Origin: Ignavibacteria bacterium
GTDB taxonomy: Bacteria; Bacteroidota; Ignavibacteria; Tepidaquicellales; OLB5
DNA: 52,576 nt
Direction: 5' to 3'
Assembly: GCA_025451455.1 (NCBI GenBank)
Contig: JANWKI010000016.1
Span: 1 to 52,576, forward strand
The translations under genes were made by a program, and so were the position numbers. Positions 19,684 through 29,430 of this stretch are shown one piece after another; positions within the stretch are counted from its first letter, which is position 1, and the number at the start of each line of letters is the position of its first letter. Below the pieces are notes generated by a model. It saw only the letters and a program-made list of their open reading frames with translations, was not told the DNA's origin and made no database searches.

Positions 19684-19699
19684 AATGATTTGAATCACA
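19684..19699. promoter_or_regulatory. CRP/FNR-family box
   Basis: AATGA-TTTGAA-TCACA (minus strand TGTGA-N6-TCATT) upstream of paralog B. Confidence 0.5.
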
Positions 19700-19758
19700 T
19701 TTTTCCCCTAAAAGAGCCTAAATATGCTAAATTTATGATAAATAGACCATCATTTTGC

Positions 19759-22248
19759 TTAAAAACCAAAGCCGTCTTCATTTTCGGGTTCGTTATTATT
19801 ATTATTTCCTTTTTTTCTCCGGTCCTGTTTTTTATCCTGCTGCCCGAAATTATATGTGATATTCAGAAACAGTGTTCTGGAGTCGCGGCTGCGTTCTGAA
19901 TTTTCACTGAAATCAACATCGTTGAGATTATATTTGAATTTCAACTGGTCAAAAAGGTCGCTTACCCTTAAAGTCAAACTTAATTTCTTATCGAAGAGAT
20001 CTTTCTTTACTGCCATATCAAAACTCTGCATCGGCTCAAATGTTCCCTGTGCTGTAACTCTTCTTCCGGAATAAAAGTAGGACATCTGTAAATTAAAGTC
20101 AGCAGGAAGTATAAATGTGCCCATTGCCCTTGCCATCCAGGAATCAGCCTTATTTGTCAGTCCCGGTTCCAGGTTTGTCGCATCAACCTCGCTTCGGTAA
20201 TAACTGAATGTACCATTAATGTTTATAAATTTTGCCGGCATCAGGTTCAGGATCATTTCACCGCCATATGACTTTGAGCTGTTATTGTTTACAAAACTTG
20301 TTAATGTAGATACACTGTCTATTAAAGTCCGCGTTCTGGAGATCTCATCCTTTGTATACCTGTAAAATATACTTGGTGTTATTGTTGCCCACGGCAGGAA
20401 CTGTATAAAACTGAATTCGTATGAATCGGTAAACTCCGGATTCAGTGTAGGATTACCTTCAGAATAATTGTTCGTGCTCCCAAATGATGTTGATCTGAAC
20501 GGATTCAACTGACCCATTCTTGGACGGTTTATTCTTCGGGAATAACTCAACTGGATCTCGCCGGTCTGGGTTATCTTTTGCGAAAGGCTTACGCTTGGAA
20601 AGATGTCAATGTAATTCTTGTCAAATGACTGTCCGGTAATGTAAAGAGCTCCTCTGACATATGTCTGCTCTACCCTTGTGCCGAGCGAAAAACCGAAATT
20701 TCCTATCTTATTTGTGTATATGCCGTAGAGTCCGTTTATCATCTCTTTATAAACGAAATTATTCGACTGGTTCAGGTCCGTTACAAAAAGACCGGAAGTA
20801 TAATCAAAGTTTTCAACTCTGTAATCATCTTCTCTGTTCTTGTATGTAATTCTATAGCCGGCTTCTATCTTAGAATCTTTGCTCAGCGGATGCACATAAT
20901 CGGTTTGCCCTGAAAATGCATCATTCTTTTCATTTGAATATTCATTCCTGAGAGGAGGGGTGGAATTAAGGGGAATAATATAAATACTTGAGGAATTATT
21001 CAATTCATCGTCACGATCACTTGAATATGATATATCTGCAGTCAATACCTGTTTTGGATCCTTGAATCGCATTGTATAATTTGCATTCAGATCGTAACTT
21101 TTTCCCTTATCATCACTCACGGTTGTGGAATAATAATCGGATATAAGAGAATTATTAAGATCAAATTCATTATACTGGCCGGTATTGGTCCGTCCGCGGT
21201 CATTATTCCTGTAATTAAATATAAGCCCCAGGGTATTCTGACGGTCAATAAAGTAATCAAACCCCAGCTTCAAATTATGAGATTTGCCTCTTCCGTCGCT
21301 TGTGTTGCTTTCATTAAGGGCACTTAATTGAGTATTATTGTAATATATTCGGTCACTGTAACCTGAGCCCTTATTGTTCCGCATGTTATAGCTGTAATTT
21401 CCGTAAACATTCATCTTTTCGTTCTTAAGTGTCAGGTTGAATTGCCCGTTGTATTTATCACCTGTTCCCAGATTTAATCCCACTGAACCGTTATATCCAA
21501 AGCCCTGATTGATACTTTTCTTCATAATGATATTTATGATCCCTGTCGAGCCTTCTGCTTCGTACTTTGCAGAAGGATTCGTAATGAGTTCAATGCTTTC
21601 GACCTCACTTGCCGGAGTTTGCTCGAGAATTGCTGTTCTTGACTGGCCTTCCAGCCCGAACGGCCTTCCGTCTATCATGATCTTGACACCTTCACCGCCT
21701 CTTAAACTTACATTATTATCCTGGTCAACAGTAACTGAAGGTATTTCCTTAAGCAGGTCGATAAGCATTCCGCCCTGGCTTGTCATATTTTTAGAAACAT
21801 TGAACACTTTCTTATCTGGCCGGAATTCTATCAGGTTTTTCTCTCCTTCAACCAAGATCTCACCGGTTGTTGTTGTGCTGTTTGAAAGTTTTATGGGATC
21901 CAATGTTACATTTAAGCTGTTTGGATTGACATTTACTCCGCTTACTACACTCAGGTTGTAACCAACCAGGTTTGCTTTTAAATAGTATCTTCCGAACGGA
22001 ACATCTCTCAGTGTAAATTTTCCGGATGCATCAGTATTTCCTCCTTTTACAAATGATGAATCCCTTACCCTGTGAATTGATACATCAGCTCCCTCTATCG
22101 CAATGCCGGTAGTTTTATCAACTACAGAACCGGTAATGCTTCCGGTTTTCTCCTGTGCTTTCAGATCTCCGGAAATTAATCCGGTCAATCCGGTCAGGAT
22201 CAATACAAATACCGTTTTGAGAGCCGAACTTCTGAATGATTTTCCCAT
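19759..22248 (-). CDS. TonB-dependent receptor (outer-membrane beta-barrel family 3) with carboxypeptidase-regulatory-like N-terminal domain
   Basis: GSITGSVVD domain; LLKEIPSVTVD and IELITNPSAKYEAEGSTGIINII plug; YSRRINRP, GNPTLNPEF; ITYNFG last strand. Confidence 0.9.
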   Translation of the reverse strand: MGKSFRSSALKTVFVLILTGLTGLISGDLKAQEKTGSITGSVVDKTTGIAIEGADVSIHRVRDSSFVKGGNTDASGKFTLRDVPFGRYYLKANLVGYNLSVVSGVNVNPNSLNVTLDPIKLSNSTTTTGEILVEGEKNLIEFRPDKKVFNVSKNMTSQGGMLIDLLKEIPSVTVDQDNNVSLRGGEGVKIMIDGRPFGLEGQSRTAILEQTPASEVESIELITNPSAKYEAEGSTGIINIIMKKSINQGFGYNGSVGLNLGTGDKYNGQFNLTLKNEKMNVYGNYSYNMRNNKGSGYSDRIYYNNTQLSALNESNTSDGRGKSHNLKLGFDYFIDRQNTLGLIFNYRNNDRGRTNTGQYNEFDLNNSLISDYYSTTVSDDKGKSYDLNANYTMRFKDPKQVLTADISYSSDRDDELNNSSSIYIIPLNSTPPLRNEYSNEKNDAFSGQTDYVHPLSKDSKIEAGYRITYKNREDDYRVENFDYTSGLFVTDLNQSNNFVYKEMINGLYGIYTNKIGNFGFSLGTRVEQTYVRGALYITGQSFDKNYIDIFPSVSLSQKITQTGEIQLSYSRRINRPRMGQLNPFRSTSFGSTNNYSEGNPTLNPEFTDSYEFSFIQFLPWATITPSIFYRYTKDEISRTRTLIDSVSTLTSFVNNNSSKSYGGEMILNLMPAKFININGTFSYYRSEVDATNLEPGLTNKADSWMARAMGTFILPADFNLQMSYFYSGRRVTAQGTFEPMQSFDMAVKKDLFDKKLSLTLRVSDLFDQLKFKYNLNDVDFSENSERSRDSRTLFLNITYNFGQQDKKQDRRKKGNNNNNEPENEDGFGF

Positions 22249-22408
22249 ATTCTGAATATAGAATTTAAATACTTCTTAACATAAGATAACAACACACAAA
22301 GATAATACAGGGTTGCCCAATTTGCTGTAAAATTATGTAACTATATGGTATTTTAATGTAAAAAACCTGAAATATGGTGAAAAAGGATTATATGCATAAT
22401 CTGTGATT

Positions 22409-23572
22409 TCAATATGTGTTTTCCGGTATATAAATTTCGCTGCAACCCGAAAATTTTGCAAGCTGAAGGAGTTTCTTTTCAATTAAGCTGTAAAGTATGA
22501 GGCGCTTTTTTTTATTCATGCTGCTTTCCCAAAAAATATTAATAATTCTGAACTTGCCTGTTTTCCGGTCTGCTTTAGCGTCAAGCCTTCCGATAAATTC
22601 ATCACCATAGAGCAAAGGAAGGCAGAAGTAACCGAATTTCCTTTTATGTGAAGGCAGATAACACTCGATCACATAATCAAAACCAAACAGATTTTTAAGT
22701 CTTTTCCTCTGTATAACAAGATTATCAAACGGAGAAAGAATGTGGATCTGTTTCTCCGGTTGCTTGTTGTTAAGTTGTTTAAGTATGTTTGGGGTTGTAA
22801 AATATTCTTCTTTTGCCCTATGAATTTTTACCGGGATTATTTCTTTCTTCTCTGTCATCATGTTTATTACTGAAGATGTAGCTTTTGGATCGTGATGGCG
22901 AAGATAAGTCATTTCAGAAATTGAAACAATTCCCCCGGCATTAATTGATTTGAGTATCAAATGCTCAGAGAGTTCTTCAGGAGAGGGAGTACTTGTATCT
23001 GTACTTACCGGAAGTATTCTTTCAGTCAGATCATACACTTTCTGAAATCCTTTTCTTGCTTTTACCATAAGCTCTCCAGTGTGGAATAAATATTCCAGCG
23101 CATCTTTAGTCGGTTTCCAGTCCCACCAAATACCCCGTTTGGCCGGATGTTCAAAATCACGTGATTGTTTTGGCCCTTCGCTATGAATCTTATCTTTTAC
23201 ATATTTTATGATCTTTTTGTTTTTTACCGCCCACTCCCTGTATTTTTTGGCATATCTTATTTTTCTGTTCATTGAAAACCTGAAGTACTTCATCGGCAAA
23301 TATGCTGCAGAGTGATCCCAAAACTCAAAGATCTTCTTTTCTTTATCTATGAGATCATCAAGCATTTCGTTTTTGAAGTCCGGGAATCTTGTCCACAATA
23401 CATGCTTGTGTGCCCGTTCTATAATTGAGATAGTGTCTATCTGAATATAGCCCAGTTTTTCGATAATGCTCAGAACATCCTGCCGGGTTTTGAATTTATT
23501 ATCAGCCGTCAATAACTGATTGTAAAGGGCAAGATAACGTGCATCCTGAACAGAAATTTTTTGTATTTTCAA
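22409..23572 (-). CDS. ycaQ: YcaQ/AlkZ-like winged-helix DNA crosslink-repair glycosylase
   Basis: IQIDTI (QxD) motif, FEFWDH, WWDWKP, ILSPFDNLV, YVIECYLP...RKFGYFCLP, GRLDAKADR. Confidence 0.85.
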   Translation of the reverse strand: MKIQKISVQDARYLALYNQLLTADNKFKTRQDVLSIIEKLGYIQIDTISIIERAHKHVLWTRFPDFKNEMLDDLIDKEKKIFEFWDHSAAYLPMKYFRFSMNRKIRYAKKYREWAVKNKKIIKYVKDKIHSEGPKQSRDFEHPAKRGIWWDWKPTKDALEYLFHTGELMVKARKGFQKVYDLTERILPVSTDTSTPSPEELSEHLILKSINAGGIVSISEMTYLRHHDPKATSSVINMMTEKKEIIPVKIHRAKEEYFTTPNILKQLNNKQPEKQIHILSPFDNLVIQRKRLKNLFGFDYVIECYLPSHKRKFGYFCLPLLYGDEFIGRLDAKADRKTGKFRIINIFWESSMNKKKRLILYSLIEKKLLQLAKFSGCSEIYIPENTY

Positions 23573-23573
23573 G

Positions 23574-24410
23574 TTAAGTAGAATAGAATGTTACTAAAAA
23601 TAAGATCATCCTGTATATTGCCAGTACGAAGAAAAAAGCTGCCGTAAAAATAATGCTTTTGATGATCAGGTTGATGCCTCGAAAGGCAAAAACTCTCCCG
23701 GATGCTATATAAAGATAACAGGAAAGAACAGCGAAGATGACGGCTGTCATAATTGAATCATTTAAAAGAACAGCCGGATCGAGCAGCCGGACTATAAAAA
23801 GGATCAGGGAGGTGATTATCAGAATAAATGAATAAATATGTATTGAGAATATTAAGCTCTCGCCGAAATATTTTCTTTTCCTGAAACTAAGGGCAAACAC
23901 TATCAAAGCATAAATCGGTATATTTACTAATATAAGAGATCTTGACAGTTTTTCGATGGTGGAGTTGAATTTGGCTCCGTAATCCTGAAGTGAAATGTTC
24001 TCTATGGAGATTTTTTCACTGACCATTTGCCCGGCAATTTTACTGTACATCTGCTCGTTCCGGTGTGAATCCAGGTTAGTGTTAAATACATTCAGAATTG
24101 TAAATGGCTGAATAAAGAAGTACAGAATATTGATAATCAGAAAGAATTGAAGCGGTTTCCTGTAGTTTATTCTTCTGCCGGATAAGTATTCAAGTGTCAG
24201 AAACCCGGGCCTGGAAACGAGATACCAAAAACTTCTGAAGAATTTTGAATCGAAATTGGAGAAAATATCAAGTGTCTGAGAAATGAACTTAAATAATGAA
24301 AGATCTTTGGGGTCCGTAATTTTTTCTCCGCATTGGCTGCAGTATTTACCATAGAGAATTTTGCCGCAGCTAGCACATTTATTTTCCGGGTTAATTGAGT
24401 TATCTTCCAA
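23574..24410 (-). CDS. DUF3667 membrane protein
   Basis: CxxC...YCSQCGEK zinc ribbon, RPGFLTLEYLSGRR, several TM helices. Confidence 0.8.
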   Translation of the reverse strand: MEDNSINPENKCASCGKILYGKYCSQCGEKITDPKDLSLFKFISQTLDIFSNFDSKFFRSFWYLVSRPGFLTLEYLSGRRINYRKPLQFFLIINILYFFIQPFTILNVFNTNLDSHRNEQMYSKIAGQMVSEKISIENISLQDYGAKFNSTIEKLSRSLILVNIPIYALIVFALSFRKRKYFGESLIFSIHIYSFILIITSLILFIVRLLDPAVLLNDSIMTAVIFAVLSCYLYIASGRVFAFRGINLIIKSIIFTAAFFFVLAIYRMILFLVTFYST

Positions 24411-24702
24411 TTCTCAGTTTATCAAGAATTTCTGAAGAAAGTTCATCTGAATAGATTCCAAATGCATCAACCAGCACGCCCTTTAATCCCTCCTTTGACT
24501 CAATTGCATAAACAACTTCTTCATCCCCGGGGTTTGAATCACCTTCGAATCGGTAAAACTCAACAATTTCAAAATCTGCAGGGTGGAGCTGTAGATTCAG
24601 CTCTCGGCATTCAATTGCGTTACTTTGAATATTAAAGTCTGCGGTGAATCCCCGCATTTTAAGATCATTCAGCGCTTCAGTTACCGTTTCATATGAATAC
24701 AT
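24400..24702 (-). CDS. Conserved small acidic protein (FCB family often auto-labelled 'phosphoribosylpyrophosphate synthetase'; function unknown)
   Basis: EALNDLKMRGFTADF...YRFEGDSNPGDEEVVYAIES...KGVLVDAFGIY; far too short for a real PRPP synthetase. Confidence 0.7.
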   Translation of the reverse strand: MYSYETVTEALNDLKMRGFTADFNIQSNAIECRELNLQLHPADFEIVEFYRFEGDSNPGDEEVVYAIESKEGLKGVLVDAFGIYSDELSSEILDKLRIGR

Positions 24703-24941
24703 GACTTATGATGAAAAATTTCGTGAAGAAATTTCAAATTAATTCAAATATAACAATTAAATATTTATTTCTTCATATTAACACTATGAATCAATTTCGC
24801 AATCCCCCATGTCCTACAGGTTTTAGATGATGATCAAATCAGCATCTTTCTCAATTTCATTTAACTATAATATTGGTTATTATTGTCGATATTTTCTTAC
24901 AATTCGAAAATAAATAACTGATTTCTAATTTTATTGAGTAA

Positions 24942-25916
24942 ATGACTTCAAATCATACAAAACCGGTAATTAGCCTTAAGATTTTTGCAGGTAATATCAT
25001 TGATTACGCCGGGCTATTCCCGCCTGAAAGCTTGGGGCTTGGACAGGCATTTCATAATTACCTGTTTTACCGGCAGGGAGAAATGAAGTGGATGCTGAAT
25101 AAATTCATAATCCCTGCAAGCAGACTTGAAGAGCTCACAGACTTAATGAAAGATATGAAGATCGAAGGGCAGGTCTTATTTTCAGTGTTAGGTTCGGGCG
25201 GTGATACTGCCGAAAAATTCAAAGAGTCACTTGAAAAAGATATTAAGAATATTTCGGATTTTATTGAGAACCATGGTCAGCTTGTAAGCATAGATGCTTT
25301 TGAGGTAAAGCTTCCGAATGAAATTGTTAAGCCTGGCAGCGGTGATGATTTAATTAAGCTCATGAATGAAGTATCGGACTCTCTTGAAAAGGCACTCAGG
25401 AAGAATATTCCGGTTTATTTTGAAGCATCTTTAAAAGAAGAACATGAAGCTGTAATTCTCAGGGTTGTGGAATCTATAGCCGGACTTGGTAATGGGTGCG
25501 GTTTTAAGCTCAGGACGGGTGGTACAGAAGCTTCAGCATTTCCGGCCGCTGAACAAATTGCGTTCACTATAATGACATGCTGTGAATTCGAGGTGCCGAT
25601 GAAATGCACGGCGGGGCTTCATCACCCGATAAGGCACTACAATAGTGAGGTCTCTTCAAATATGCATGGCTTCCTGAATGTTTTCGGAGCGGGGATACTT
25701 GCTTACACAGATGGTTTTGATGAATCGGAATTGCTTGAAGTACTTGATGAAGAAGACCCATATGAATTTATTTTTGGTGAAGAAGGGTTTGAATGGAATG
25801 GTACAGCGGTGCCAATTTCGGAAATAAAGGAAGCCCGCGAAAAATTCATGATCTCTTACGGAAGCTGCAGCTTTGATGAACCAATTGAAGATCTTAAAAC
25901 ACTGGAATTATTATAG
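24942..25916 (+). CDS. Conserved uncharacterised enzyme associated with fahA
   Basis: IDYAGLFPP, GFKLRTGG, KCTAGLHHPIR, HGFLN, SYGSCSFDEP motifs; its stop directly abuts the fahA ATG. Confidence 0.75.
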   Translation: MTSNHTKPVISLKIFAGNIIDYAGLFPPESLGLGQAFHNYLFYRQGEMKWMLNKFIIPASRLEELTDLMKDMKIEGQVLFSVLGSGGDTAEKFKESLEKDIKNISDFIENHGQLVSIDAFEVKLPNEIVKPGSGDDLIKLMNEVSDSLEKALRKNIPVYFEASLKEEHEAVILRVVESIAGLGNGCGFKLRTGGTEASAFPAAEQIAFTIMTCCEFEVPMKCTAGLHHPIRHYNSEVSSNMHGFLNVFGAGILAYTDGFDESELLEVLDEEDPYEFIFGEEGFEWNGTAVPISEIKEAREKFMISYGSCSFDEPIEDLKTLELL

Positions 25917-27173
25917 ATGAAATCATTTATTGAAGTAAAACCGGATTCACACTTCCCGATACAGAACCTGCCATACGGAGTATTTAAACTGAAAGTCGGC
26001 AATGATCCCGTTTGCGGTGTTGCAATTGGCGAATATGTGCTTGACCTTTCAATGCTCGAAGAAAAAGGTTTTTTCAGTAATACAAACCTCGGAAAAGAAA
26101 TAATTTTTGAAACACCGAGCCTGAATAAGTTTATGCAAAAGGGCAGAGAAACGTGGAAACAGGTGAGAACATTATTGCAAATGGCTTTGAGTGACGAAAA
26201 CCCTATACTGCGGGATGACGAAGACCTGAAAAAGATCTCTCTGATACCAATGAAGGATGTGGAAATGTGTATGCCGGTTGATATTGGCAACTATACGGAT
26301 TTTTATTCATCCAGAGAACATGCAACAAATGTAGGCATAATGTTCCGTGGTAAAGAAAACGCACTCATGCCAAACTGGCTTCACATTCCGATTGCGTACC
26401 ACGGAAGAGCCAGCTCTATTGTAGTAAGCGGAACGGAAATTACCCGGCCAAAAGGGCAGACAAAACCTGCAAATGCAGAGACACCTATATTTGGTCCGAC
26501 TAAACTCCTTGATTTTGAACTTGAAACGGGATTTTTTGTAGGGCAGGGAAATTTGCTTGGAGAACCTATTGCAGTTGAAGACACTTATAACCATATTTTC
26601 GGGATGGTACTGGTTAACGACTGGAGTGCAAGGGATATACAGACATGGGAATACCAGCCACTTGGACCATTCCTTGCAAAAAATTTTGCAACATCAATTT
26701 CGCCATGGGTCGTTACCATGGAAGCTCTTGAACCATTCAGGGTAAGCGGACCGAAACAGGAACCCGAACCGCTTCCGTACCTGAGGTCAAAAGGGAATTG
26801 GGCGTATGATATTAATCTTGAAGTTGGAATAAGAACCTTGAAGCAAAAGGAAATGTTTACCATATCAAGGAGTAATTATAAATACCTGTACTGGAATATC
26901 TGCCAGCAGCTTGCGCACCATACCGTTAACGGCTGCAATACCATAACAGGTGATATGATGGCCTCCGGTACTATCAGCGGTCCGGATAAAGATTCATACG
27001 GCTCGATGCTTGAGCTCACCTGGCGCGGAGAAAATCCTTTAAAGCTTCCTAGCGGGGAAGAAAGAAAATTCCTTGAAGACGGCGATACGCTTGAAATAAG
27101 CGGTTACTGCCAGGGCGAGGGTTACAGGATCGGGTTTGGAAATGTATCAGGGAAAATATTACCGGCGAAATGA
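25917..27173 (+). CDS. fahA: Fumarylacetoacetase
   Basis: FPIQNLPYG, YTDFYSSREHATNVG, YHGRASS, LDFELE, NDWSARDIQTWEYQPLGPF. Confidence 0.95.
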   Translation: MKSFIEVKPDSHFPIQNLPYGVFKLKVGNDPVCGVAIGEYVLDLSMLEEKGFFSNTNLGKEIIFETPSLNKFMQKGRETWKQVRTLLQMALSDENPILRDDEDLKKISLIPMKDVEMCMPVDIGNYTDFYSSREHATNVGIMFRGKENALMPNWLHIPIAYHGRASSIVVSGTEITRPKGQTKPANAETPIFGPTKLLDFELETGFFVGQGNLLGEPIAVEDTYNHIFGMVLVNDWSARDIQTWEYQPLGPFLAKNFATSISPWVVTMEALEPFRVSGPKQEPEPLPYLRSKGNWAYDINLEVGIRTLKQKEMFTISRSNYKYLYWNICQQLAHHTVNGCNTITGDMMASGTISGPDKDSYGSMLELTWRGENPLKLPSGEERKFLEDGDTLEISGYCQGEGYRIGFGNVSGKILPAK

Positions 27174-27191
27174 TTTATTAAAATATAATAA

Positions 27192-27299
27192 ATGTTTGAA
27201 TATATTATATACATAGTTGCTGCAGTATTTTTGCTGATATTCATTTATGCCGTTATTAAATTTATTTTAGCTTTCTTTTTTGGTAAAGATGCCGACTGA
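27192..27299 (+). CDS. Putative 35-aa single-pass membrane protein
   Basis: MFEYIIYIVAAVFLLIFIYAVIKFILAFFFGKDAD*; fills the fahA-esterase gap and overlaps the esterase ATG. Confidence 0.5.
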   Translation: MFEYIIYIVAAVFLLIFIYAVIKFILAFFFGKDAD

Positions 27300-27939
27300 A
27301 AACCACATTACAACTACCCGTACTGCAAGGTACTTCACTATCGGGGATTTAAACAGCAGCACAAAAGATATCTGGATATTTATCCACGGCCACAGGCAGC
27401 TTGCAGGAGATTTCATTAAGACATTTGAAGAAATGTCAGAAGCAGGAAGCTTTCTCATTGCACCTGAAGGATTAATGCGCTTTTATGTTAAAGGTGATAG
27501 CGGTGATGTCGGAGCTTCATGGATGACTAAAGAAGACCGTGATAATGATATTAAAGATTATGTTAACTACCTGGATAAATTGTTTTTTGAAATAATCGAA
27601 CCCAAAGCAAAGCAGTATAATTTAAAGATCAATGCACTTGGGTTTTCACAGGGTTCGGCAACACTTTCCAGATGGATCGCACTCGGGAAAGCGAAAATCG
27701 ATAAGGCTGTATTCTGGTGCGGAAGTATTGCGCATGATGTTGACTATTCCGTATCTGAGAATTTCAAACAAGCGGAAATTCACCAGGTATTTGCATCAAA
27801 CGATCCGTATTATGACTCCTCTTTTCCAAAAAAGCAGGCTGAAATACTTACAAATTCCGGTATCAAAACAAGTTCACATATATTTACCGGGGGGCATGAA
27901 ATTAGTGTTAGGCTAATGAGAGAGTGCGGTTTGATATAA
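27289..27939 (+). CDS. Phospholipase/carboxylesterase (alpha/beta hydrolase)
   Basis: IAPEGLMRFY, VGASWMT, GFSQG nucleophile, SND, GGHEI. Confidence 0.85.
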   Translation: MPTENHITTTRTARYFTIGDLNSSTKDIWIFIHGHRQLAGDFIKTFEEMSEAGSFLIAPEGLMRFYVKGDSGDVGASWMTKEDRDNDIKDYVNYLDKLFFEIIEPKAKQYNLKINALGFSQGSATLSRWIALGKAKIDKAVFWCGSIAHDVDYSVSENFKQAEIHQVFASNDPYYDSSFPKKQAEILTNSGIKTSSHIFTGGHEISVRLMRECGLI

Positions 27940-28041
27940 TTACTGTTTTCCCCATTTTTTCTGCAATTCTCCTTATGACATATATCATAAATTAATACGG
28001 TAATTTTCCATAAATTTGTATCTGAATAAAATACTAATAAT

Positions 28042-29418
28042 ATGCCTTTTAAGACAATAATAGAACCATTCAGGATCAAAGAAGTAGAGCCGATAAGCGT
28101 AACAACAGAAGAAAACCGGAAGGTGTACCTGCGCGAAGCACATTATAATCCGTTTATGCTTAAATCAGAGCATGTGCTTATCGATTTTCTAACTGATAGC
28201 GGGACTTCTGCAATGAGCTCAAAACAATGGGCTGCGATGATGGAAGCCGATGAAGCTTATGCGGGCTCCAGAAGCTGGTTAAAAATGGAAGCAGTTATAA
28301 AAGACCTGACAGGTTATGAACACATATTGCCAACTCACCAGGGCAGGGCTGCCGAGAGAATACTATACGGCTACCTTGGTGGAAAAGGAAAAGTGTTCAT
28401 CAGCAATACACACTTTGATACTACAAGAGCTAATATAGAATTTTCAGGTGCTGAAGCAATTGATATCCCGGTCGAAGAATCAAATCACCCGATGCTTGAC
28501 CTTCCGTTCAAGGGAAACATGGATGTTAATGAGCTTGAAAGGCTTATCAAAAGACACGGACCTGAAAATATCGGCGGAGTTATACTGACAGTCACAAATA
28601 ACAGCGGCGGGGGACAGCCCGTCAGCATGGCAAATGCTAAAGATATAAAAACTATCTGCAATAAATATAAAGTAAATTATTTTCTTGATTGCTGCAGAAT
28701 TGCTGAGAACGCATATTTCATAAATCACCGCGAAGCAGGTTACGAAAACAAAACCTATAAGCAAATCGCACAGGAAATGTTTTCACTTGCCGATGGCTGT
28801 GTAATGAGCGCCAAGAAAGACGGACTTGTAAATATGGGCGGCTTTCTTGCTGTAAAAGATAAAGCGCTTTCTGATGCATGTACGAACCTGTTGATAATTA
28901 CCGAAGGGTTTGCAACATATGGGGGGCTCTCAGGCAGAAGCATGGAAGCAATGGCAGTAGGCCTGCAGGAAGTATTTGAACCTGACTATCTGAAGTACAG
29001 AATACGAAGCACGGCATACCTTGGCGAGAAATTATACAAAATGGGAATTCCGCTTATTTATCCAATTGGCGGACATGCAGTATATATAGATGCAAAAGCA
29101 TTCTACCCGCAGATACCGGTGAATGAATACCCCGGCCAGGCGCTGGTATGTGAACTTTACTTAAAGGGCGGAATACGCTCGGTTGAAATAGGTTCAGTTA
29201 TGTTTGGCAAATATGATGATAGCGGCAAACTTATACCTGCTCCAAATGAACTTGTAAGGCTTGCTATCCCACGACGTGTTTATACGCAAAGTCATATTGA
29301 ATATGTTATTGAAGTATTTGAATTGATCCTTGAAGGAAAAGAAAAAGTAAAAGGGCTTAGAATTACAGAAGAACCGGAGTTCTTAAGGCATTTTACAGCA
29401 AAGTTTGAGAGATTATAA
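28042..29418 (+). CDS. tnaA: Tryptophanase (tryptophan indole-lyase)
   Basis: TDSGT, THQGR, MSAKKDG PLP site, RLAIPRRVYT; VEIG and LRHFTA match tryptophanase rather than tyrosine phenol-lyase (MERG, LRFFTA). Confidence 0.88.
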   Translation: MPFKTIIEPFRIKEVEPISVTTEENRKVYLREAHYNPFMLKSEHVLIDFLTDSGTSAMSSKQWAAMMEADEAYAGSRSWLKMEAVIKDLTGYEHILPTHQGRAAERILYGYLGGKGKVFISNTHFDTTRANIEFSGAEAIDIPVEESNHPMLDLPFKGNMDVNELERLIKRHGPENIGGVILTVTNNSGGGQPVSMANAKDIKTICNKYKVNYFLDCCRIAENAYFINHREAGYENKTYKQIAQEMFSLADGCVMSAKKDGLVNMGGFLAVKDKALSDACTNLLIITEGFATYGGLSGRSMEAMAVGLQEVFEPDYLKYRIRSTAYLGEKLYKMGIPLIYPIGGHAVYIDAKAFYPQIPVNEYPGQALVCELYLKGGIRSVEIGSVMFGKYDDSGKLIPAPNELVRLAIPRRVYTQSHIEYVIEVFELILEGKEKVKGLRITEEPEFLRHFTAKFERL

Positions 29419-29430
29419 AAAACGGGATAT

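Noticed and set aside
24400-24702. PRPP synthetase function
   Set aside because: Only 100 aa with no PRTase motifs; the label is a propagated annotation
27940-28041. Possible tnaC-like leader peptide upstream of tnaA
   Set aside because: No Trp-containing short ORF, and the promoter element lies only about 25 nt from the ATG
28042-29418. Tyrosine phenol-lyase assignment, suggested by proximity to fahA
   Set aside because: Diagnostic residues (VEIG, LRHFT) match tryptophanase
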